This document shows, in pieces, positions 35,951 through 48,256 of a DNA stretch of 64,000 bases. The position numbers and the translations under genes were made by a program. The notes beneath the pieces are model-generated. The model saw only the letters and a list, made by a program, of their open reading frames with translations, searched no databases and was not told where the DNA came from. The DNA is from Lama guanicoe (taxonomy: Eukaryota). Each line of letters opens with the position of its first letter. Positions within the stretch are counted from its first letter, which is position 1. Where the stretch lies: positions 248,001-312,000 of the forward strand of contig MU054466.1 in the NCBI GenBank assembly GCA_013239625.1, given 5' to 3'.

Positions 35951-37579
35951 GCGATGAGCATTCTGTTTGTGCCCTCACTACCGGCAGCCAAACCCTGCAG
36001 TAGAACTTGGCCCCTGATTCCAGTCGCCCAAATCAGTGGGAGGACGGAGGAGGGGCCTGTGGGATCCCAACACCCCTCTGATGTGGGTGTTGCCAGGCCT
36101 TCGTGTAGCTGACACATCCGTCTCCCGAGCATCCTCATACTGACAGATGCCTGCAGGCATGTTGGGAAAAATGGGAAAACCTTAGGGTAGCTACAGCTTC
36201 AGGGCCACCCCTCAGGATCTGCCTCACAGTCCAATGGGCCCATCCAGCACTCTGCAACCTCAGTGCCTCACCAAGCCACACACATGGCACCACCACCAAT
36301 GGCCAGTCCCCTCCCCTGAGATGTTGTCTGGCTCAGAGAGGACCCCAGCTAACCTGCCCCGCCCCCTCCTACCTGCTCACGTGGGTCTTACTGTCCAGGT
36401 GTAGCTGAGCACACTGGCCTTGGAACAGACACCTTTGGGGCTTTTCTGACCACTGCCTGATCAAGCTCTCCCACCCACCCTGCAGCCCATCAGAGCCCTA
36501 TGAGCAGTTCTGTGATAGCCACCCCACCCCCGCATCTCAAGTTGCCTCCAACCTGGCCTCTTCAGCACTTCAGGGTTTCCTCAGAGCCTCATCAGCACTG
36601 GGACGGGCCTTTTGTGCCTGCTCACTTGTTTAAGGGCTGTCTCCACGCAGGGCAGCCCTGTCTGCCTGCACTGTGCATGCACTCTGAGCAGACCCCACAC
36701 GGGGCATATGCTCTGCCAACATCTGTGGGAGGAATGACTACTGATGGGGGCAGATGAACACGCGGCCCCCCAGTGTGTGCCTTCCCCTCTGGCTGCTGAT
36801 TCTTGCCTGGAGGGGGCGGGGTGCCTCAGGCTTAGTGGGGTCTGTGTCTGGGCACTGGCAGTGGGAGGTGGGGAGGCAGAGCAGAGCCACCTCCCTTAGT
36901 GGCCTGGCTAGACTGGACCTAGGGAAGACCAAGCAGGACAGACCAGACCCCATGAGGCGCCCGTGAAGACAAGCCCCAGAGATGCTCCCTGGATGCTGCT
37001 CGGAGCCCTGGGGTGCTTGACCAGCCTCCAGAGGCTCCCTTGGGACAGGGGATTATTTCAGACCGGAGCCAAAAATTCCGGTGGCTTGACAAACCAGCCA
37101 CACACCACAGCAGAAAGGACTCTCACCTTCCCCATGGCATAGACTTGAGCCGCCCAGGGTCTAGGATGTGATCACAGCGGAGACCACGGAGCTGACTGTG
37201 GGGTCAGAGGTCATGTTTGGGAGGTGTGCGAGGCCCAGAAGAGGAGACTTTCCTTAATGCTCTTGTAGTTCATTCAGCCTCTTTTTGCAGCTCATAATTT
37301 TCTTTCCAAATTTGCTATCTTAAAAAATGACAGATCTTCGGGACCAGGGTCCCATGGAGAGCCCTTCCTCGTGGAACATGAGGCGTGGGCAGAAAGATGG
37401 CCACCCCCTCGGCCATGATGCACTGCTCATTCGTGGGGAACCTGGTGTTAAATCATTGGTAGACGACCTGCTTCTGGGTCAGGGTTTCCCATGCAGCAGA
37501 GCAGCTCCCTCACTGCAGTGTACTGAAAGTCAGCCCTTGACAAAGGATTTTAGGGGAAAAAAAAAAAAAGACAGATCTG

Positions 37580-38110
37580 CATGTTAGCATTCACAGCAGC
37601 TTCATCTAATAGTCAAAGGCTGGAATGAAGCCAGATGTCCTTCATCGGGTGAGCAGTTAAAGGATGTGGCGCATCCACACATGGAACACCACTCGGCAAT
37701 CAAAGGAACAAACTGCTGACACTGCAGCCTGGGTGAGTCTCCCGGGAAACTGGGTGAGTGAAAATAGCCGGTCCCTAAAGGCTACATGCTGTGCGACTCC
37801 CTTTATATAACATGGAAATGACAGCATTTTAGAAATCGAGGACACAGTAAGAGTTGCCAGACGTTAGGGGAGGCGGGGTTATGGGAGAGCAGCGCCAGGG
37901 ACCTACACTGGATAAGACTGGATACAGCATGATATGCATGTGAAGGAACATGGGTGCAATGTATTCAGGGCACTGTCCCGGTTGGGATTTTGTGCTAGTT
38001 TTGCGAAATGTTACCATTGCAAGAAAGTACATAAATACAGGAGGGCTTGCTCTGTGCTATTTCTTACAACTGCATGTACCTCTATAGTCATCTCTATAAA
38101 ACTCTCAAAA
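37580..38110 (+). mobile_element. Old L1 3' end (L1MC-like)
   Basis: TTCACAGCAGCTTCATC...GATGTCCTTCATCGGGTGA...ATGGAACACCACTCGGCAATCAAAGGAAC...TATTTCTTACAACTGCATGT matches L1M 3' UTR blocks. Confidence 0.75.
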
Positions 38111-38229
38111 AACGTCAAAGCTCCAAAAAGCTAAAAATTTAATACGATAAATCACTGCTTTAACTCTTTTCTACACCTTCACCTAGGTGCACCAACTGTT
38201 CACAATTTGTCCCAGTAGCCTTTTCTCTC

Positions 38230-40300
38230 TGCATTTGTGCAAGCATGTGTATTTATATTTGAAAGTAAGTTGATGAGATCCAGGCACTTTCCCTCCAAAT
38301 AGTTCAGCAGCTCCTCCAAAAATCCCAGGACCTGCTCCTACTCAGTTGTAACCAGTCACCACGCCCGACAACCAAGCAGTCATGGACACAATAATATTAT
38401 CTAACACACAGTCCAGTTTAGAATTTCCCCTGTTGTCCCCAAATGGTCCTTTACAGCCGGTTGTCACATTGCGTTGAATCTGTTTTCACTCCCTTAACTT
38501 ACCGCGGCCCCACCATCTTTTGTTTTGTTTTGAATTTTCATGACATTTGCATTATTTAGAGGCCACAGGCTGGAGCTGCCTGATAGTTTCCTGGAGTTAA
38601 ACATCTGAGGCAGTGAGGTGGGGTAGATGAAGCCCCTCAGGAAGTCCAGGAGATCAGGTTGTGCCCCTAGTGTGGACGCACAGACTGAACACTTGGTCAA
38701 GATGAGGTCTGCAGGTTCCTCCACGGTCTAGGTCCCTCATAGACTAAATAAGCTGTGTGTGGGGTAATTCTTTGAGAGCATAAATGTGATGTGTTGCCAA
38801 TAACCATTTGCCCGGTGGTTTTAGCGTCAGTTGATGGTCCTTGCCTACATCCATCGTTATAATTATGTTTGCAAAATCACAACTTTCCAACCTTGTCACT
38901 TCCTCTACATTTAATAGGCATGTTTTGGTCAAGATTTTTTAAATTCTGAAGTATTAATACAAATGAATGGATTTTTGAAATTCAGTGATTCTTTCTGATG
39001 CTCAGATTGACCCAGATTTGGCCAGTGAGACCCCCTTCAAGCTGACTTTTGTGCTCCTTTTTTCTAGGGGGGGGAGTGACTTTTTACTTTTATATCATTT
39101 CAAACTCAGAAGTTGCAAGAGCAGTATAAGGAACTCCTGCGTATCTTTGTTTTTTCTTCTCTTTTCTTTTTTAGGGGGGAGGTAATAAGGTTTATTTACT
39201 TTCAGTGGAGGCAATGGGGATTGAACCCAGGACCGCGTGCGTGCTAAGCACGTGCCCTGCCACTGAGCTACACCCTCCCCCGCTTCCGTGTGTCTCCTAG
39301 ACAGACGCGCCAGTTGTTTACGTGTTGCCCGTTTGCTTTACCATCTCTCTCTTTCTTTCTCCACGTACATATAACAATTTTTCTGTACCACCTGAGAGTA
39401 ATGGAGAGGGCACCTTCGTGGCTAAATACTTTCTTTCCTAAGAAGAAGGTGTTTTCTAAGAAGAAGGCATTTCCTTACGTCACCACCGAGCCGTGATTTG
39501 CCATTGGGAGAGCTACCCATGACGCCGTACACTGAGCTACTCTACAACCACCTGTAACACTGACATCTTTCCTGCATCTTTTTGAGGTGTTTCTGTTATT
39601 CTCCCAGCACTTCCTCATTTCTGCCACAAGACGGCGTCCTAGGCTCTCCCAGCCCTTGAATGCACCATTTCTCAAGGAAGCCCTGGACCCTTTTGGAGGG
39701 GAATGGGATTTAGAAACCAAGATCTGGAGCTGAATGTGCTCATTGCTACTGGGGTGCCTCTGCTTTGTAGGCCCCTCTTGGGGGACAGAGCTAGCATCCT
39801 GAATTCGCCCAAATCTCTCTCACTCCAAACCACACCTCAGTCTTCTTTCTCCTCTCCCCTCCTTCCATATTTACATTTGGTGGAATTGTATGAAATTGCC
39901 AAGAGTCAACCATTTTCAGTCTACAAAATATGGGAAACCTACATGGTTCCACTGATACCCTTTCTCCACAGTGAGAACCCTTTTTTCCAGCAGTATTACT
40001 ATATTTATTAACTTGTTCTGTTCCAAAATACCCTCCAAATAGCTTCAGAATTCCTTCTACCAACCAGACCTACTAAGGAAATGTCAAGGCCTCCTTGTAG
40101 GTATTTTTGTCCTCAGAAAATTACTTAAATTCTTTATTTCTGTGTGATTATGTTAATCTGACACCTAAGTTAATCTATTACTAAATTTTAAGGTCTTTTT
40201 TTCTTTTTTTTAAAATGTAATGTTCTATTTTTGATTATGAAAAATATTTCTTATTTTATTTAAATATTATTGGATTGAAAAGTTAAAAGTATAAGAAGAG
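38230..40300 (-). mobile_element. Degraded L1 (L1MC4/5-like) fragments in an AT-richer intergenic block
   Basis: Drop in GC; motifs such as GAAAGTAAGTTG...AATTTCCCCTGTTGTCCCCAAAT and TGATGCTCAGATTGACCCAGATTTGGCCAGTGAGACCCCCTTCAAGCTG. Boundaries approximate. Confidence 0.55.
39148..39282 (-). mobile_element. tRNA-Ala-derived SINE (vic-1 type)
   Basis: GGGGATTGAACCCAGGACCGCGTGCGTGCTAAGCACGTGCCCTGCCACTGAGCTACACCCTCCCC is the reverse complement of the SINE head, preceded by the T-rich tail. Confidence 0.88.
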
Positions 40301-43300
40301 ACATAGCCAGAAAAGGATCACCCCTCCTCATCCATTCTCACTCACCCCCGGAGGAACTCATCTGCTTCAGGTTCTAGGGTAGCCTTTCTGCCTTTCTTCC
40401 CGCAGAGATGAGCATGCTAAGTGGACAGAGGTGCAGACTCTTTCTCTCCTTCCTTCTTCCACAATAGGTAACACAGAACATACCTTCTTTGTTCTTTTCT
40501 CTACAGCCTACGTGTCCCATTCTGGGACTAGGTCTAACTCCGTTCCCCTCTACACACAGTACATCCAGAGTACAAAGTCTGTGATATGGGCGGTCACAGC
40601 ACCCAGGCGGCCCTGGGAGTGGATAGCAGTGAGGTCTAGGCTCCCCTGCCCACAGTGAGTGGAGCTTTGACACCTCCTAGCTGCCTGGGCCTGTGTTCTT
40701 TGTCGGTAAAACTAGACCCAGGGAGGTGGAGGCTCAGGCAAGGGAGCCAGACAGAGCATCCCAGGCAGCAGTTCCCCCAGGTGGCCGTAGGAAGCCCTGA
40801 ACCCAGTCAGAAGGTGAGGCTGGGGTCGTCACCCAGGCTGCACAGAGTCCCTTCAAGCCTGGCCCAGGCCCCGGCGGAGTGCTGGGGTGGGGGTGGGGGG
40901 GTAAGGTTTTTTCCAGGTATCCCTAGTGGGACCAAGCCTGTGTTCTCCAAAAAACAATATTTCCAATTGTCATTCCATTAGGACTTCAGGTCACAGGTTA
41001 GGGGTAAAAATCCCCTGGCTGGGCTGGCCTGGGAACCGATCTCCCACGTGAACCCTTGGGAAAGGCATGGCTCCCTCTCAGAGCAAGTGGCCTCTCGGCC
41101 CCTCTGAGCTGGACCCTGGGAGGCAGGGCCCTGCCCCATGCCCTGCTTACAGTCCAGCCAAATGCATTGGAAATATACATATGCAAATATATACATAAGT
41201 GTGGTAAAATTGCATTTTAAATTTAATCAGCTTAAAATTTGCTTTCCAAGACAGGTCTTTCAGGAGATTTTCTGTGTTATCAATACGGCAGTGGCTTTCC
41301 ACAGCCAAGGAGTAAAACGTAAGGTCCTGGCGGCCGCCTGCTCTCCACCCTCACCGCCCTCCACTGCACCGCACGGCCTCGCCAGTCCTTGCTCTCTGTC
41401 ACTGAGTGCCGGCATGCTCAGCCCGCTCCCCAGGACTTTCCTCAGCTCCCTCACGGCGCTAGGGCTATGCCCACGTGTCACCCACAGGGGGCCTCCCTGA
41501 CCCCATCCCACCTGCTGCCCTCTGCCAGGTGTCTACATTTTCTCTCCCCTCCTGACACCACATCATCCCCCCACCCCACCCACATCAGGTAAGCCTGGGA
41601 CAGGACCCCAGTGAGCAAGTGTGTGATTGTCAGTGCGTCAGCGCATGGGGCTGCCCCACGCCGGTGTCACTTGGTGGCCTCCAGGCAGGGCAGACACCTG
41701 GGCAGGTGAGAACCTCGGCTCATCCTCACACGAGCAGGAGAGATCACACTGCTGATTTCCCCAAATGAGCTGCATGTCTAAGTTGCCCCCCGACCGGCTG
41801 GCAGAAAAAATCAGCACGCTGGCTTCAGGGGCTTGCTGGGCCCTTGGTGTCCTGCTCTAGGAAATGGATCCTGGCCCCCAGGTGGACGGCGAAGGTGTCC
41901 CTGCAAGGGGTGTAAGCGAGCGCTCAGTGCGGCCCCCACCGCCCTCTAACCAGCCCTGGGACGCCAGCACAGTGGGGTCTGGACAGGGCAAGGGAGGCCA
42001 CCTTCCCACCCCTCCCCACCAGAGTGCTCCCTCCCAGGCAGTGGCGGCTTGACAGCTGTTCCCAGGATCTGCTTTAAATTAAAAAGTGGCGTGGCCCTTT
42101 AAGAGAAGCATCCGCCGCCCCCGCCGCCCTGCTGCCCCCTTTGAAGTTGCTGGCGCTGAAAGGTTCCCAGTGGCAGATCTGAGGGTTTGCTTCTGCCTCC
42201 CCAGAGGCCACGTGCGGATCACAGGGAGGGAGTGGGGCGGGCCGAAGGTCACATGGCCAGCCAGGCCTCCCTGGACCAGTGGGCTGCAGGGATGGGGACC
42301 AGCCGGAGCTCATTAGGGCTCGGCAGAGCCAGCAGCTAGGAGAGCTAAGGAGGAGGTGTCCCGCCCTCCCCGCGGGGCCTGGGGCAGCCTGACCTCCCCA
42401 AAGCCCTCTGATCTGCACAGTGAGGAACACACCTGGCACTTTGGGGATGCTCCATGACACCCCAAGAAGCTCCATCTCCACAGAGGTGTGGACAGCCCCT
42501 CCTATCCCCATCCCCTTCCTCCCCCCAGCTTTGGAATGTGGCCATTCCCAGCAGACCCAGGTGGACCCACACTCCACAGATTGCTCAGGTCAGCTGAGGG
42601 TCCCTCTGCTGAGACTGCCCACCAGCCAGGCGGGGCTGTGTGGGGAGGGTGAGATGGGGCAGAGGTACTGAGAGGTGGACAGATCCTTACAAATGACCAG
42701 TAGGGTCCAGGGTCCCCAGGAGTTGAGCCTGGGGCCAGGGAACCCCATGCGTCCTCTGTTCACTGGCATGAGGGGCTGCAGAGTGAGCCCCAGGGGCCCT
42801 CACCACTCAATGACGACAGCCCTGACTCCCACATGCTCTCAGTCCTGGGTGAGGGGTGTGTGGGTCCCTTCTGCAAGTGACCCCAAGGCTGCTGACAGCC
42901 ATCTGATTCTCGGGAGAGGGTGTCTTCTGGTATCAGGCCTGAGAGCTGTCCATGAAGGCCTGGGACCAACCAGGTGTTCCCGGCTTTGCCCTCCCCTGCT
43001 TCTGCACCAGACCCCTCCAGGCTAGGGCTTTTCTCATCAGGGCCCTGGGATGTGAGGTGAGAGGGGCTCCTGCAGACAGATAGGGGGCTTGGGGAGACCC
43101 AAAGGGCTCAAGCTCTGTGGCCACACAGCCTGGGCTTGACGCCCCTGCCCGCTCAGGGCTGGTGACGGACCCTCAGCTGGTAGGCGAGCAGGGCTTCCTC
43201 TCAGAGCCAGCCACTGTGGGGAGCGAAGTGGTCTGCCTCACTTCCTTGCCTTCTTGGGCCTCAGAGGCCAGCAGCTGAGACACAGAGCCGCCCAGGTGGT

Positions 43301-44164
43301 GTGTGAGGCGGGGCGTCTGAGGCCAGCAGGCAGCAGGGGGCTCCAGACAGGACGCAGGCAGCAGCTGTGGCCCAGGGTAGCCCTGGGCTCAGGGCCCTCG
43401 GGGATCCCCGGGAGGGGGCGGACCACGTGGCTCAGGGCAGTCCCAAGTCCAGGCAGGGACACTGGGGCTGGGGCTGCTGGACGTCCTGAGGCCCCGAAGG
43501 CCCAGTCCCAGGTGGGAGCCCCGGCATCACTGACTGCCCCCACTGCCCTCTCCTCCCCAGTGCCCGCTGGCCAGCCTGGACTCCAGGCCTGCCCCAACTG
43601 AAATGTTCCGTCTCTGAAACCCCTTTCCCAGGAATTGGGCACGTGTCCACAAGTGGACCCCAACTCCCGTCGGCTAACTCTGCTCCTGTCTCTGTATCTT
43701 CCCCCACAGAGGTTCGGCCCCTGCACCTCCATCCTCTGCCTGGGACACCCCTCTGAAAGAGGCAGAGGCTCCCTCTGAGCTCTCACTTTCCTGGGCCTCT
43801 TTGCATCCGGGCACACATGCGATCTAAGCTTGGCTGGAAGCACCTGCGCCCACCTGAATGGAAGCCAGGAAGCTGAGAGGCGGGAACCACGCAGAACCCA
43901 CCCTGCACAGGGCAATGGTGGGGGGGCAGGCAGAGAAGGGCGGGTGCCACGTCCAGCATCTGTGATGTCCACGGGAGCATGGCAACGAGGCAGTGTGGGT
44001 TATTGTTCCTGCCTGTCCTCCCCAAGCTCTGGGGTCTGCTCTCCAGACATTCCACGAGCCTGCCATGCCCAGGACCTCAGTCTCCCTTAGTCCCCAAGGG
44101 ACGGCCAGCACCCAGGAGTAATGACTGTCACTGATCCATGGTTGCTGGCCTCAGTTCATGCTCC

Positions 44165-44230
44165 CAAGAACCCTGGGAGGCAGGCACTGTTCTGGTCCCC
44201 ACCTTACAAATGACAGACCTGGAGTTCAAG
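44165..44230 (-). mobile_element. MIR fragment
   Basis: AACCCTGGGAGGCAGGCACTGTTCTGGTCCCCACCTTACAAATGACAGACCTGGAG, MIR core in reverse. Confidence 0.5.
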
Positions 44231-44509
44231 AGACCCAGCGGGGGCAGAGCCAGGCCCTACGTGCAGAGGTCGGTGTCCCGGTCCCCCGATGCGCCCTGCA
44301 GTGTGGGAGCCCCACAGACATCCATCTACGGAGTGAACGGGGGAGGCACATACATCCCATGCCCCAGCGGGGGCTCTCCGGGGCGGGGCGAGCCCACTAC
44401 GTTCCAAGCCCCACGCTCCGCTCACCTGATCCCACCTCTCCAGTCACCTGGTGCTTCAGACCCGGCCTGCTGTGCATCACTGGTCAGACTCATTGGTGTT
44501 TGGGGGTTT

Positions 44510-45185
44510 TTTACGTAAAATTCATAATATAAAACCACTTTAACTTGTACAGTTCTATAACAGTACATTCACAATGTTGCCCAACCATCATCACCATCAA
44601 TCTTAGAATGTTCATCACCTCCAAAAGAAACCCTGTACCCATTAGCCGTCATTCTCTGTTCCTCCCTGTCCCTTGGCAACCAGCAAGCTGCTTCCTCTCG
44701 CTGCAGACATGCCTGCTCTGGGTATTTCATGCACATGCAATCCTAGGGTATGTGGCCCTCTACGTCCGGCGCATTTCACTTAGCCGTGTGTTTTCAGGTT
44801 CCCCCATGTGTCGCATGTGTCAGCACTCTGTTCCCTTTTACGGTTGAACGGAGTTCTGCTGTATCAATGGACCACATTTTGTTTATCCATTTTATCTGCT
44901 GTGGACATTTGGGTTGTTTCCACCTTTCAGCTGAAGTGAGTACTGCTGCTGTGAACAGCCATGTGCAAGCTTTTGTTTGAACATCTGTTTTCATCTCTTT
45001 GGAGACCATACCCAGGAGTGGAATTGCTGGGTCATGTGCTAATTCTGCATGTAACATACTGTTTCCTACAGCGGCTGCACCGTTTTTCATTCCCACCAGC
45101 AGCGTGCCGGCCCAGGTCCTTCACGTCCTCACCAGCACTTGTTGCTGCCCATGTTTTTGATCTTCTGAGTGAGTGTGAGGTGGCC
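44510..45185 (-). mobile_element. L1MB-like 3' end
   Basis: CATTCACAATGTTGCCCAACCATCATCACCATC...CCAAAAGAAACCCTGTACCCATTAGC...GGAGTGGAATTGCTGGGTCAT...CATTCCCACCAGCAG; the ORF 44794-45096 (HDPAIPLLG...WKQPKCP...WINKMWSI) is the L1 ORF2 C-terminus. Confidence 0.9.
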
Positions 45186-45759
45186 TCTGACCTGCTGCTT
45201 TTCAACCCACTTCTCAGGGTCCTAGTGGCCTCTGGGCTGGGTGCAGGCAGCCTGAAAGCCGAGGCCCAGACCTGAGTGGCTCCAAGGATCTTCTGTCTCG
45301 GGAACGGCCCCCTCCAGAATTTGGGTGCTGAAAACTCTGAGTGGGGGAGTCTGAGGAGCACAAGGCAGAGCTGGCCCCTGGGGGAATGGAGCCCAAAGGC
45401 AGAGCCAGTCTGTGCTAGTCAAGAGGAGGGCAAAATGTGAGCAGCCCAGGGTCTTGTGGGCTGTCGCCACCAAGGGTAGGGGTCGAGGTCCAAGCTTCAT
45501 CAGAGGGGGAACGAGGAGGCAAGACACAGCAAGACAGGGATGTGCTGGAGAAGCCACTCCACTTCTGCCCGCAGCATGGAATCAACCAAGCGGGAACTCA
45601 TTTTGGTCCACGTGCAGGCTAGAACTCCTTCCAGCAATGCCAGCGAGCACAGCACTATGCTCCCCGCTTGCCCTGGAATTCCACTGGCCGGCATCACAGC
45701 CAACATCACAGGGCCGAGCGCTTTCACGCACGGGCTCCCGCGATCTCACGGCCGCCCTC

Positions 45760-45870
45760 TGACGGAGGCACGGTCATTGCCCCGCTTTAAAGAAGAGGAA
45801 ATGGAGGCACACAGAGAGGTCACGGGCCTTGCGCAGGATCTCCCTGCCAGGAAATGGCTGGGAGCCAGGT
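45760..45870 (-). mobile_element. MIR fragment
   Basis: CCCCGCTTTAAAGAAGAGGAAATGGAGGCACACAGAGAGGTCACGGGCCTTGCGCAGG, MIR core in reverse. Confidence 0.6.
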
Positions 45871-47384
45871 CAGCAGGAAGCACAACCCTAGGCAGGCGTG
45901 ACGTCCCACTGGCAGCAGAGCTTCCCTGCCCAGGACTTGGAATAACTGGCTCCCAGAGTAGAGGGCTCTTGGGACAGGTTCTCCCGATGCCTAGGTAGCC
46001 GTGGGCAAGGGGGACACTGCCGTTTGGGGGACCTTTGTTTGAAGTGCCTGCCTCTGGCCAGCCCCACACGTGGCCATTACGATGGCCTGACTACAGGGGG
46101 GTGGCAGGCGTGGGTTTCCAGATGAACAGAACTCCCCGTCCACTCTTCCGCTAGTGTTTCTGAGTCTCAGTTTCCCTCATCAGGAAGATGGGTGCACAGC
46201 TGCTCCCCAGTGCCAGTGGGGAGGACTTGTATTTTTCACAACCTGCCCTTTCCTTCACTGCGTGACTCCAGGCAAGGCCGACCTCCAGGGCACCTCAGCC
46301 TGATCTTCAGCTTTGAGGCTTAAGCTCCAGCTTAAACCTCACCCAACAGCTCTCAAGGGCCCTGTCTGGTCTCCTGGAGTGTCTTCCAAGAGCCTGGCCT
46401 GCTGTGTGGTGTGCAGGGTGGGTGTTGCAACGTTCTAACCTGCAGCTCGATACTGGCCCCAGGACTGGTGAGGACCGTGCTCGGGGCCGACAGGGCAGGA
46501 GGAAGGCAGGAGCGGGGTCCCCGTTGCTGCCGGAAACTCCCGCAACCTCTAATTTCCTGCCCCAGAGGGGCTGCAGGTGCCTCCCAGGGGACAGCTTCCC
46601 CACTGCCCTGGACTAGGAGGGGGCTCAGGGAGCCCGGCCCCGGTTCTAGATCCCAGTGCCATAAGACCTATTCCCTGTCTCTAAAATGGCATGATGACAT
46701 TCACGGAGCTGCGGCTGGGAGGGGAATGAGGTGTCCACCAAAGCTGCCGATGGCACTTGGTGTGTGTGGAGGCGGAATAAATGCTTTTCTTTCTTTCGTC
46801 CACCTAGCCGGCCAGGGCGGAAGCCTCCCAAGTGAACACCTGCACCCCACCCCATTTTGATTTCTGAGGAGGCATCTCCTCTGCCACCAGTGAGCGCGCT
46901 GGGAAGGTGAGATGATGGAGCAGAGGTGCTACGTTCGGCGGAGGTCACTGAACAGAGACCAAGCCTGCAGCTCTTCGACCCTTGCCCACGCCCCAGGGGC
47001 GGCTGCGGAGGGAGGGGTTCTTGGGGATCCTCCTGGAGGAGGGGGGCACGAAGCCAGGGTGCACGCGGGGAGGATCCAGGACCCCACCCCGAGGCCCACC
47101 GACCTCAGTAGGTGGCAGCGCCCCGTCTGCCCCCGCTGCCTCGGAGGGCCGCTCAGATTCTGTCCACCCAGGCGCGGGACAGGGCGACTCCCCCGTGGCG
47201 CCGTGCCGCGGCGCCCGGTTCCTCCCGCAGGTCGCCGAGGGCGCCGGGGCCTCGCGCCACACCTGTCCGCTCCTTCGGGAGGCCCCGGCGCCGCTGCTGC
47301 CGGCCCCTCGGCGCGGAGCCCTGTGTCCGCCGTCGCTTTGATCCCGGGGGCCCCGCTGGATAAAAGTCCCGGGCGGCTCCGCGC

Positions 47385-47486
47385 CAGCGCCAGAGGGGAG
47401 GCAGCCGAGCCGGGAGTACCAGCGGGCTGGCGCTGGGCGAGCGACGCCGAGGAGTCGGGGCCGCGGGGCGGCCCGCGCCGGCCGCG
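47385..47486 (+). other. NOTUM: Putative non-coding first exon of NOTUM (start approximate)
   Basis: Lies about 25 nt after GATAAAA; donor GCG|GTGAGC at 47486/47487; matching acceptor CTCTCCGCAG| at 48229, 27 nt before the ATG. Confidence 0.6.
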
Positions 47487-47727
47487 GTGAGCGCGGGGCT
47501 CCGGGACGGTTCGGGGTGGGGGCTGCGGCCCGGGGTCCCGGTCGCCTGCGGGCTGCTCTGGCCCTGGGCGGAGGGGGCGAGGGGGACCCCGGCGGCTCAG
47601 GTGAACGCGCCCCCTGAGTCCCCGGCTCGACGGGCTCGGCCGGCTGCGTGGCGGACGGAGCTCCCCCCGCGCGGGAAAGCCCCGCTCCTTCCCCGGCGGC
47701 CCCCGCCCGCCTCAAGCCGCCGGGGCC

Positions 47728-47957
47728 NNNNNNNNNNNNNNNNNNNNNNNNNNNNNNNNNNNNNNNNNNNNNNNNNNNNNNNNNNNNNNNNNNNNNNNNN
47801 NNNNNNNNNNNNNNNNNNNNNNNNNNNNNNNNNNNNNNNNNNNNNNNNNNNNNNNNNNNNNNNNNNNNNNNNNNNNNNNNNNNNNNNNNNNNNNNNNNNN
47901 NNNNNNNNNNNNNNNNNNNNNNNNNNNNNNNNNNNNNNNNNNNNNNNNNNNNNNNNN
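47728..47957. other. Assembly gap (230 N)
   Basis: Run of n in extremely GC-rich DNA upstream of the NOTUM ATG. Confidence 0.99.
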
Positions 47958-48256
47958 AGGCTCGGCCCCCGCCGCTCATTGGCGCGGGTCGGAGCCAGCG
48001 CACCCAGACCTTGCGCTGCCCTCGGCCGGCTGCGCGCGGAGCCCGAGCTGCCCAGGCCGACGGCGCCCGGCCCCGAGAGCCTCGACGCCAAGCCGCTCGC
48101 GCCTCCTCGGCCAGGCCCAGTGCGGGGAGCGGTGCGAGCGAGCAGGCGCGCCTGGCGCCCCGCGGCCCGGGCACCCCCGGCCCGGCGTCCCCGCCACCGC
48201 GCCGCCTCAAGGCCGCCCGCTCTCCGCAGGTGGCCGCGGGCCCGAGCGGCGCGGCC

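Noticed and set aside
34966-36003. 345-aa plus-strand ORF over the ASPSCR1 promoter
   Set aside because: CpG-island artefact with low-complexity composition.
47708-48217. CGCCTCAAG(G)CCGCC on both sides of the gap suggesting mis-assembly
   Set aside because: Short, imperfect and GC-rich, with unrelated flanks.
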